Shown here: positions 53,182 to 64,000 of the stretch, piece by piece | Numbering within the stretch: the first letter of the stretch is position 1 | Layout of the letters: each line of letters opens with the position of its first letter | NCBI GenBank assembly: GCA_964057225.1 | Contig: OZ059898.1 | Span: 7,564,001-7,628,000 of the forward strand | DNA from: Auanema rhodensis | Taxonomy: Eukaryota; Animalia; Nematoda | Length of the DNA stretch: 64,000 nt | Direction: 5' to 3' | Made by a program: the position numbers and the translations under genes | Notes under the pieces: model-generated | Told to the model about the DNA's origin: nothing | Databases searched by the model: none | The model's input: the letters and a program-made list of their open reading frames with translations, nothing else

Positions 53182-55660
53182 GATAAAGCTGAAAAATTTT
53201 TGAGACTCAAAATAAAAATATATTTAGTGAGGGAGATGGTTTTTCACAAAAGAGCTATGATAACGACGGAAATAGGTAAAGAGGTGTGACTGAAAGGGGA
53301 AGGACTTGACGACAAGATTTTTTTGTGTTATATTTGTATGCCAAACGGTGTCTCATGATTCAGCAGAAAGGCAAACATACTATAAACCGGCAAACAATAG
53401 CAAAACGTTTCGAAAGCAGCTATGCCCAAACTTAAGCTTCAAAAGAGTATTAAGTTTATATACAAAAGTTTGAAATACTGCTGCTACTATTCTCCAAAGT
53501 TTTTGGTAGAACAGACGTGACCGATAGTAAGGCATATAATCGTGAAAAAAAAGAACAAGCGGAATGTGAAATATTTTCAGAAAAAAACGCTTGTGATGAT
53601 TCATCTGAAGTTGTGTTCTCGGATATAATATGTACTTTTAGGTTGTATACGCAATGAACATAAAAACATCTCGTTAATTACCAAATATTTAAGTAAAATT
53701 GTTATTGAACTAAAATAATAAATAATTGCATTACAGGTTATACATAACGGAGTGTACGCGTGAAATCGAGAAAATATAATTATTTTTCCTTTAAAAAAGG
53801 AGACGACCATACAACGCTTAAATGAATAAAAGACAAGTTTTGCCATTGAACCATGACGTTAAAAGAACTTCCATACAATAGTTTCAAAATTTCAATTTGT
53901 CCGAAAGTTAGTCATTTCTGTTGCTCCTTTTATATATTGAATATTAGAAGGTGAACTATGAAAGAAACAACTTTATGATGCATCAACAGGTATGAATAGT
54001 AGTTGGATGTGTGGCATGGAAGGAAACCAAGCAAATATCAAAACCGACCGATTCACAGGAGAGGACCTGAAAACGAGCGAATGGTCGAGTGAAAACTGGA
54101 GTGGATGTGAGGCATATAGAGGAAAATAGTCAGTAATTAAATAGTTTTATGCCCTGCGACAACAGTTGCTAACTGTAGGTATAGTACGAATCTACAAAAT
54201 TGCTGCAACACCTTATTTAGTACTAAAATTTTATTAATAATTTACAACACACCAAGAACAGCAGAATATCTGTACAATATTAATCATTCAACTCAAAATT
54301 TTATAGACTGTGTTGCCAGATTGTGCTTTTCAATTGCGGTCAAAATGTCTTGTTACGTTAACAATAAACTTTAAATAAATTCTAATGCTTTTTAATTGTA
54401 AAGAAATGAACAAAAAGTATTAGGAAAACATTTCATACGCATCTGAAAACATCTGTTTAATATTTCTGTAGCAGACTTCTATAAACCGTCTAACTAAAGA
54501 AGGATCGTAAAAGTTATGTTACAGTTATCAAACACGATTTTTTAATATATTTGTCCATAGAAAAATTGCATCTCCTTCTCAAAAAAAAAAGAAAAAATTT
54601 CATGATAATATGATTATTTGAAACATCAAAATGGATACTTCCTTTTTTTTCTTTTTCGATTTCATAAAGTCAGCTTATTCTTAATATTTCTTCATAGTTT
54701 TGCAAACGAAAACAATATATTCTACATTTGAGGCATTAGTTTTTTTTTAACTTTTATTTTTTTAACTCTTTTTTTAAATTTCATTTTTTTCACTCTAGAA
54801 TTAATAATTTTAAAATAAAAGGTTATCAACTATTTTTTATTAGTCAATTGTTTAAAATTCGTTTTTCTTAATATATTTGCAGTTTCTTCTTTATTAACAT
54901 TGCTTTTATTAGTTATTTTGTTTTAAGCATTTCCATTTCTTTTAATCCTATTTTAGACATTTTTTAAGAATTCTTTTTTTTTTGTCAAATTAATAGATTT
55001 TAACATTTAAATAAAGTGGTGATGACATATAACCCATTTCATATGGGCAAGAAAGGAAAACCCTCGCGCATGCTTTGCGTCAACAATCTGATTAGATGAA
55101 TCGAGAAAGTGGAAAGGAGCGTGCAAAATTGTGATGGTGTAGGGAAGCAGAGTTTTGAGTGAAAAGGCTGAAAGCTGCTCAAATTTAGACGAGAAAAACG
55201 CTTTATATGTGATATTTCTGGTTATAGAAAAAATGTCATGAGTTGTTTTAATCTCACTCCAATCAATTCAAAATTATTGTCATTTCAACTGTTATGATAA
55301 TGAAACATCAGATCTACAGGAGACCTAGTTATTACGGAAAAGTCTAAACTGTTTGATATAGCTGCAAGGTTTTCATTTAGAACAAATGTATAATGTATTT
55401 GTGCCCTCCTACCTCCTTATCGATTTAAATTTCCCGCGCTACTAATGCACAAATCAGTAATGCTGTCCTCTTATGTCTGGATTTCCAATTGATTGTCTTT
55501 AATATTAGAAGGTGTCCGTTAAAAGCTAATGAAAAAAATACTTAAGGTCTTAGGAAGAGTTTTTCCAAGTAAAACATTAATTCGATCATTTTTATCAAGA
55601 ATTAGGCGGTCAGTTATTCACTATTATAATGACGCCAATTTTAATAACAAAGGTTCAGAA

Positions 55661-58600
55661 ATGGGCAGAAGAAAAACGAAATTTCGTATTAAAAGGATGG
55701 TGACAGAGCGGCGATTACCCCGGCCGACTCAGGTATCGGTTAGTGATTTTTTATCAGTTTGGCGAGGGCTAAAATTATGATGATTGCTGTGATTGAACTT
55801 CCTTTTTTATATGTTATCCAGCAAACAAGCTCTTCGCTGCCGTATCAAATTCTTCCACTTTTAATTTAGTGATAGTTTTTTTTTCATTTCCCGCTTTCTT
55901 TCGTATGATCGATATTGTGTTCCCCTTTTCGGGGAAAATCCATAATCGATTGCTTTTTCTTTTCATAATTAGCTTTTCTATCATGCTTTTTCTATTTCTT
56001 CTTTTGTTTTTTTTCGATTTTATATGTTAATCAAAAAAAGGTGAACTTAATTTGTTCATATATATTTCGTTTTAGGTCCCGGACAAACAGGCACCTGAGA
56101 CTACTACGGAGGACGTAACGAATAGTTCAACTTCAGGATTTATTGGAAAGGCGAAAATTATAAGAAATACCGACGGAACAGTGGGAATGGCGATGACGGA
56201 TCCGAAAATGGCACCTACTCCTAAGAAGAAAAACGCTAAGAAGATTAATGTTGCACAACTCGCTGAACAGTATGCAACTGAACCACCTCCACCAGAAATA
56301 AATCCCAACTACATCCCTCCACCACCCGAGCCTTCAAGTTTATCGCCAGAGGCTTTACGAGCTCAAATTGACCTGATGCTTTCGAAGATGGATGAAGTTG
56401 TTGGTACTTTAATGGCTAGTTACGGTCCAGTAATCGATCCAAATTTGCCACTTTTTGATCAACATTCACATTTTATTCAAATGCGTCAAAATATGATGGT
56501 TCGGCCTTCTTTTGTTCCATCTCCGAGTTTTTATCAGCAAGCACGAAGAGCAAGAAAAGTATTTCTTCCTAATGAGAGCATTTCCGAAGTCGCACAAAGA
56601 CGTTTTATTGCAAGTTATCCTTGTCAATTTCCGTCTGATCCTCTTCAAAGAAAACAATTTATTTTCCATCGGATGTCAACCGTTGTTCTTCTGAAAGATC
56701 TCGAAAAATCAGTACGAGCTTGGTATTCATTGGAATATAGACTATCTGATAAGCGCATTATGTCGTGGACAAATATGCTGGATGTTAGAACTGACCTGGC
56801 AATGCTGTTAGAAAAAGTTATGCTTATTCAACATATAAGTAGGGTTCGGCAATACTTGAGTGAGAGAAAAGCTGAAGTAGAGGTTTATTGAAACTTCGCA
56901 ATATCCATAAATTTATTTTGTTTTAAGCTGTTCGCTTATTGTCGTAATGTTCGAGTTGAAATTGCTGGTGGTGAACAAGTAGGACCGCCTCAGGCTCCAT
57001 TATATCCTGTAGGTTGTTGTATAATAACCATTCCGTAGTCTTGATTTCAGAGAAAACCTATTCTACCTAAAATTGTAAGAGATCTTCATTATCCATCCAA
57101 TGAGGTTTGTATATAAGTTTACTTAGTTTATTATAATAATATAGTTAAAGCCTGATATTGATAAACCTCTAACTTCTGAGGAGAGAGAATTAGCCCTAAA
57201 TTACAGAGTTAAATTTGTTTTTCTTTTCCGTAATATGGCTAGTCAGAATTCAACTAATGTGGTAAACATTAAAAGTAAAAACTCATCGATTGTGTTTTGA
57301 TTTTAGAATTTTTGGGTTTTCGTTGAAGATACCATAGATCAGGTTTTAGCCACCGCTGGTGTTTCTTCCCTACATAAGCCAGCGAAGTCAAACTATGTTC
57401 CACGAGCTTTCTTTGTAAGGTTTATGTTTACTTTCCAGGTATTTTATCAACTTGTTTAGGTGAAAACGTTAGAAATAGTTTTGAGAGTACAAGCTTTGGT
57501 TGAAGCGTCATTTATGGTTAGTTTTTTGCATATGGAGTGAGTTGAATACTAATTTCAGATGAATAGTCGTTGTCTTGCTGTTGATGTTGCGAAAGAAGAC
57601 ATCATGAAGGTAGATTGTAACTTGTTATTTATGTAATGGTATATAATTTTGTAGTTTTCAACATATCTCTTTGATCTTACTGGGGGCGATACAAGTTTTC
57701 CCGTTGTGGTGCCACCTCAGACTTTTGATCCTCCAGTCTTTGCGTTGCATCAAAATGCTCCTTATCTATTTGAACAGGAAGATCCTATCCCCACTTTACC
57801 CGCAGAAGATTTTCTTAAAGTACTTTTTATTTTAATTTGTTGTTGTATAAGTGATTTTTAGCATCCAACCGAGGCTGGCTCTAGTAGCGAAGAAAGTCAA
57901 TCTGTGCTTACCCTTGCCTCATCCGCTGCTTCTGCTACCGGAGCAGCAGCTACAGCTGCGGGATTAGCTACTGCATGTTCACCTCAGCCACAAGGATCTT
58001 TTGTTATCAATCAATTTGAAAATGGAATCCCCCCAATGCCTGTAAATACTGTTATTGTAGTTCAAGAAGTAAGAAAGAATGTTAGGTGTTCCTTCCTTAA
58101 TTGATTTACAGAACAAATCTATCCCTTATGGAAGAATGTATACAGCTGAAGAGCATATTCATTACATGGATATACATGAATATGCTGCTTATTTACAAGA
58201 ACGCCAGCGATTGGGCTTACCTATGCACTGGGAGGCAATATCTGAATATTTTTTTAAAATTTTGTCATTATATTTTTTAGATTGATCTGAAAGTCTTATT
58301 CGATGGGCTTTCATTGCACACTCTACAACGACAGATGGAGAAATACAATCTACAGATAGAAAATATAGGACAAGTACAGCGGCTATATCACTTACAACAA
58401 GTAAGTTTATTAATCTAATGTTCCGATATTATTTTTATCTCAGATTCAGCAAATGCAAATGCAGTACATGCCCCAGAGCCCATATTCCTCGGTGCAGGTA
58501 GCATAATCTAAGATTTTTCTTTATTTTTGCTTTCCTCTATGATTCAATCGTCTAAAAGCTATTTTTTATGCTTTATAAAAAGAAGCTCACAATTCGCATT

Positions 58601-59102
58601 GTGAGTATTAAATATATTAAGCTAAGTTGGTGAAATCAATTTAGGCTAGTGTTGAACATGTATCTATCCTCACTCCTGCTTCCTAAAAAGAGCTTAAGGA
58701 TGTCTGTTAGTCGTCCATCTATATCATGTTTTGGTAAGACGAACAGTTTCTTATATTTTGATTTATTTTATTATTCTGAAATTATTTGGAATCTTAAAAT
58801 TTTACGTTTTAGATCTCTGAGACAACCAGATAACCCTGGGTACGTATTTATTGTTTTCCAGTCCAATTCTGCACCATTGAAAATATATAATCATTAAATT
58901 TCTGACTGTCCATATTATAAACCAACCCATATTGTAGTCTCGCAAACAGGTATTTTATAATTTTACAGAAACAAACTCAAATATTATTCTAGGATTTGAA
59001 CTATAAGATAGATTTTGTTGAATGCACCCCTGAATAATATTTCTGATATTTCCCTTTTTACAGGTTCCTTATGTTGTTAAAGCTCCCAAGCACTTCCAGT
59101 AG
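55661..59102 (+). CDS. Uncharacterised (orphan) protein, Pro-rich and Q-rich, ~13 exons; terminal exon uncertain (58813-58833 or 59064-59102)
   Basis: A continuous spliced frame runs from MGRRKTKFRIKR through the long 56076-56882 exon and many short exons bounded by canonical sites (one GC-AG). No family recognised. Confidence 0.75.
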
Positions 59103-59436
59103 CATCATTCCTTTTCTCACTTACTGCTTGTATTTTTATAATCCGTTTATTTAGTCTAATTAGATCTGCAAACACAGTATTCCTATCGTAGTTTACCGTT
59201 GACCAAACTGGTTAAAAATGAATAGTTTATTCCAAAGTTTAATAAAATGCTTATTGAAAATTTTCTATTTCTCACTGAAATCCTTATTAATCTATTTTAT
59301 TCTTCAATCTCAATTTCCTATCGTTATATTGTTAAATTTGTTTTTTTTTCACCTAATGATAAAAAAATTCATTACGCTATTCTAACTAAAATAATAAAAC
59401 ATAGTACACAGTACCAAATCAGAATTTTTCATTACA

Positions 59437-61302
59437 TTACTTTGGCCCAAGCATGTTTTCGGGACGAACCCATTGGTTGAACTGTTCTTCAGTGAGAACT
59501 CCGAGCTTAATGGCTTCTTCCTTGAGAGTTGTTCCATTTTTGTGGGCTGTTTTAGCGATCTTAGCAGCATTGTCATATCCAATGTGGGGATTAAGAGCAG
59601 TAACAAGCATAAGGGATTCCCTCATGATCTAAAAAAAATTCTTGAAACATTATATTTAGAATATTAACCTTAGCAATATTATCTTTGTTAGCTTCAATAC
59701 CATCAACACAATGCTCGGAAAAGGATACAGCAGAATCGGCAAGAAGTCTGGTTGATTGAAGAACGTTTCTTACAATCAGTGGCTTGAATACATTGAGTTC
59801 AAAGTGTCCATTTGAAGCTCCAACAGAAACAGCAACTTGGTTACCCATCACTTGAGCAGAAACCATGGTGATAGCTTCACATTGGGTAGGATTTACTTTT
59901 CCAGGCATGATTGAGCTTCCAGGCTCGTTTTCTGGAAGAGAAAGCTCTCCCAATCCACATCTAGGTCCCGATCCAAGGAACCTGATATCATTTCCGATTT
60001 TCATGAAAGAACAAGCAACAACATTGAGAGCACCATGAACCTAAGGTTGAACTAAAACATTAAATAATATTATACTTATTGTTACCTCGGCGAGAGCATC
60101 ATGAGCAGCAAGGGCTTCAAACTTGTTGGGAGCAGTCACAAATGGTAATCCAGTAATATCTGATACTTTCCTAAAATTTGGTTTTGAAATATTTTTAATT
60201 CTCGAAACTCACTTGGCAACTTTCTCAGCAAAACCAACGCGAGTGTTCAATCCTGTTCCAACAGCAGTACCTCCAGCTGCCAATTCATAAAGACGTGGAA
60301 GAGTTGCTTCAACACGAGCAATTCCATTATCAACCTGGGTAACGTAGGCTGAAAACTCCTGTCCAAGGGTGAGAGGGACAGCATCTTGTGTGTGAGTTCT
60401 TCCAATCTTAATGATGTCCTTGAACTCTTCTGCTTTTTTGTGGAGAGAAGAACGTAACTGCTTAAGAGCAGGGAGAAGTCGAGAGTTAACCTGTATTAGT
60501 AATACTTATATTAAGCTTAACCAGTATTGTATACTTCACGAGCGACCGCGATGTGCATGGCAGTAGGGAAAGTATCATTGGAAGATTGACTCATGTTAAC
60601 ATGGTCGTTAGGATGAACAGGTGACTTTGATCCTAATTCTCCTCCAAGAATCTCGATGGCTCTGCAATACAAAACGGTTCAACTTAAAATTAAGAACAAG
60701 CAATACCTGTTGGAGATGACTTCATTCACATTCATATTTGATTGAGTTCCAGATCCAGTTTGCCAAGTGACAAGAGGAAAATGATCGTCAAGCTTACCAG
60801 CAACAACCTCATCTATAGAAACGGTAGAGAGTATTTGAAGTTAAATAACATACCAGCCGCTTGAGAAATTGCTTCCGCAATTTTCTTGTCAAGACCGAAC
60901 TCAGTGTTAACCTTAAGAAACTAATTTAAACCGAATAATCAACTCAAAATACCAAAGCAGCAGACTTCTTCAAAATGCCAAAAGCGTGAATTACAGGAAG
61001 CGGCATGCGTTCTTCCAACCCACCAATCTTGAAGTTGATGGAAGATCTAAATTTAATATAATTTATGAGATAGCAACATATGACAGGAAAATCTACCTTT
61101 TAGTTTGAGCTCCATAGTACTTATCAGCTGGCACTTCCAATTCTCCAAATGTATCCCTCTCAATACGAACCTAATGAATAATATCACAAAAAATACTGTA
61201 CAACACAAAACTCACTTTAGACATGTTAACGGCACAACGAGCAAACCCTCTTGTAGCGACAGCAGGAGAACCTTTAGCTAAAACAGAGCAGACTGACAGC
61301 AT
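59437..61302 (-). CDS. fum-1: Fumarate hydratase (class II), mitochondrial precursor
   Basis: [70 protein letters not shown] and the signature [11 protein letters not shown]. Ser/Arg-rich presequence. Confidence 0.98.
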
Positions 61303-61538
61303 TCCCTACGAGAGAGAAAGATGTAAACAAAACGACAAACGAGAAAATTCTTATGATAGTGAAAGTAATAGTGTAAATTGGTAAAAAAATATGGCATCAG
61401 AATAAACTGATCGCATTAAAAGATGAAAGGAAAATAAACATAATATCTACATTGTAATTTGTACAAAATATAATATATTAGTATAAGCAATCACATCTAG
61501 GAATGTTAGATAATTAATATTTACAATAGCGAAAAAAA
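61303..61538 (-). promoter_or_regulatory. Operon-like intercistronic spacer (rogdi to fum-1)
   Basis: Same strand, 236-nt gap, pyrimidine tract plus CGTAG acceptor 3 nt before the fum-1 ATG. Confidence 0.55.
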
Positions 61539-62685
61539 CTATAAAATTCTTCTCTTACACATTTCCAAGTCACCAATAAGCGTTTGAATTACCGACATAG
61601 CAACGTTTAGTTGTTTGATAACATCGTCTAAGTAAGGTAGTTCACACTCAGCAAGAGATATAGACAATCCCTGGTTCGCATTTTGCTTTGGAACAATTTG
61701 ATAGGACGCGCACACCTTTAAAGAACAATGATAAATTAGCCGTATCAATTCATTAAAAATCCCAAAAAAAATCCATACCAAACGACAGCTAGAAATATAA
61801 AAAGATAACAGTTGGTCTTGTGGCAAAGGCGGAGCAAATCGCCTTGTCGGTGGAAAATGGCACAATTCCAGAAGAGACCTCAAAATCCTTCATTATTCCA
61901 ATTAGCACAACTATCAAACCTTTTTCTCGGTAATAATATCGCTGATCGAGCCGAACTGATCTCATTTTTAATTACCTTAGCAGCTGTTAATATTAAATCA
62001 CCAGAATCAAAACCAAAAGCCTAAGTGGATAATTTAAAAAGAGATTGACAATGTACTCACACATCATTATCAAGTTGATTTAAGCGTTTCATCACATCAC
62101 ATAAAATAAATGTCGCTCGAACAATATGATTAGCCAGATCCTTCAAAAATTCATCGCAACTACCTATCTATCGACTACTGAATACCTGTAGTTGCTGAAG
62201 TTTCCACTGAACATCAGGTTGAGCCACACCTCGATATGTCCCTCCCGGGCATTTCGGATGTTTTATAACAACTTCAGCTTGAATAACATTATCACCCAGA
62301 AGAGATACAATTGCCTATTTTATTTCTTCGTTAAGAAATTGTATTACTCCATACCTTAATGTTGTCCCCGCCATGTTTGCCAGCCAATGCATGTTTCTCG
62401 GAGTTTGGGTGTGTTATCGGCACATTAAGCTGTACGTCGCATTTATTGCCCAGATGAAGCTTAAGACAGCATTCTCGTAGAGTAGAGAGAATCTGAGGAA
62501 CAAAATAAAAAAGGGTAAACTTTTCAATTCAATAATCCTAACAGTTTTGAAGGAATCCAAAGATCGTGTTTTTTGCTGCCAAATGTATTCCTTTTTTGCC
62601 GAAATGTCAGCACGAGAGAGAGTAGTTTCTGTAAGACCAGAGCACACCTTCACGCAAAACCCAATAAAAATTACAAACCTTCCAT
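61539..62685 (-). CDS. Rogdi homologue (Rabconnectin/RAVE-associated)
   Basis: KAIVSLLGDNVIQAEV, DVQWKLQQLQD, FAPPLPQDQLLSFYISSCRLV and ECELPYLDDVIKQL. The first coding exon is only ATGGAAG. It lies upstream of fum-1, as recalled for C. elegans H14A12. Confidence 0.85.
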
Positions 62686-62946
62686 TTTTATCATGGAGGA
62701 AAATTCTAAATAGCGTTAGACATTTTTCTGAAACAGGCAACAAGATAGAACCGCCCTGGAAAATATTGGCTAAAATCCAATATGCAATGTGTCTCACAGC
62801 GAATATCCAACCTTTAATATGATAATTTCGCTTCCTTTAAAATGCATGTTTATGTATAGTGAGATTGAAAGTATTAATGATTTCGATTATATTAATTAGC
62901 ATATTTATATGTTTTTTATTTATAGGGTGGTTAGATTTTTTTTATC

Positions 62947-64000
62947 ATGAGGTTCTGGTTATGGGTATGTATTTTGCTTGCAAGCTCAGCGCTAGTTTGT
63001 AGTGCTGACGCCGAGTTTGAAGACAACGAGTTTGCTGAATTTGAGGTAAAAGTTATTTGCTTGTTTAGTTTACAGTATATATTGTAGGATGAGGAAATTG
63101 AAATTGAACAGCCTGCAGTTCATGTCAAAGAAGAGATAAAAACAACTGAAAAGATTGAGGTTGATTGTTATGGCATACAAATTTGGCAATGCTTAACTTT
63201 ATTTAGAAAGGAAAAGAAGAAGATGACTTTGATGACGACTACGGTGTGGTTGAGGAAGAAGAAACCTCTAAGGAAGAAGAACAGGAAACTAAAGTTGAGC
63301 CACTAAAGTTTGCTGATGTAAGAATGTTAAATTAATTCTTTATCTGAAATCTTGGTTTTTAGGTTCCCGCTCATTTTCGTTCTAACTGGGCCTCTTATCA
63401 AGTAGAGGCTGTTATTCTTGCTGTCATAGTAATTTTCCTTATTAATTACGTTATTGGTATTTCCGTTTTTTAAATCTGCCTTTTCGAAGATTATATTTTC
63501 AGGAGGATCTCAAAACTGTAGCATTGCCAACACATGGTTCGAAAACAACCGTGCTCTTCTCGAAGAGCAATTTGCTTTAGTAAGTTGAAAAGAAAACTGA
63601 AATTTCTAGTTTATGTATTCAGGTTGGTGATGATGGTCTTGGTGAAAATCCCGTTGGAGGACATATGATCAAGGAGACTGATTTCTCTTTCCTAATTTGG
63701 TGCTCTGGAAGAGTTGGTGTTAATTCGCTGGCTATTCAGGTATGTTGTTAAAAATTTTTGAGTCAAAATTTATTCTTCAAAAATGTGTTCAGATTCGTAC
63801 CAAAAAAAGACAGGATCTCCTTTCTCGTGTCCTTCACTTATTTACTCCTCAAACTGATCGTCTTACTTTGAAGGTTTTTAAACTACATTTCAAATCTAAG
63901 TTAGACAGCTTGATTTAGTTTGAATTGGATAACGGTGAATTGGATCCATTTGTTCTCTGCGTTGGACAGAAAAAATCGGCTACCAGACAGTTTAAAGAAA
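62947..64000 (+). CDS. ccdc-47: CCDC47/PAT-complex subunit, 5' part (runs off the window)
   Basis: Signal peptide, acidic EDNEFAEFE, LKFADVPAHFRSNWASYQVE, a TM helix, LLEEQFALVGDDG, WCSGRVG and KKRQDLL. Confidence 0.93.

Noticed and set aside
1-64000. tRNA, rRNA, snRNA/SL RNA, CRISPR array or intact transposon
   Set aside because: No recognisable signatures seen by eye; a covariance-model scan is needed to exclude divergent copies.

Overview
AT-rich eukaryotic genomic DNA from a rhabditid-type nematode. The evidence is many 40-60 nt introns, TTTTCAG-like acceptors just upstream of start codons (SL trans-splicing style), operon-like spacing and close similarity to C. elegans proteins. The ORF track is mostly intron-broken noise, so I assembled gene models by hand from splice sites. 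The left ~27 kb is gene-sparse, with long regulatory spacers and microsatellites. It holds a patched-related gene, dual oxidase (bli-3), ins-17 and the start of an ER thioredoxin-fold HDEL protein. The right ~37 kb is gene-dense: Bre1/rfp-1, a two-RRM protein, TRMT44, kinesin-1 heavy chain unc-116, ATP synthase epsilon, 4E-T/ifet-1, rps-1, an annexin (nex-3-like), an orphan gene, fum-1, rogdi and the 5' part of ccdc-47. Best leads: (1) a 16-bp stem 7 nt after the unc-116 UAG, inside a 40-codon in-frame extension and an intron with three alternative acceptors; (2) an apparent GT-CG intron in the annexin; (3) an orphan gene in which all modelled introns are phase 0; (4) CP heme-regulatory-type motifs at both ends of an ER thioredoxin-fold protein with no CxxC; (5) a canonical EF-hand loop in DUOX; (6) an excisable C-peptide in INS-17; (7) several structured non-coding elements and a shared multi-word cis-module. 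Homology calls are from memory of the families, not database searches.
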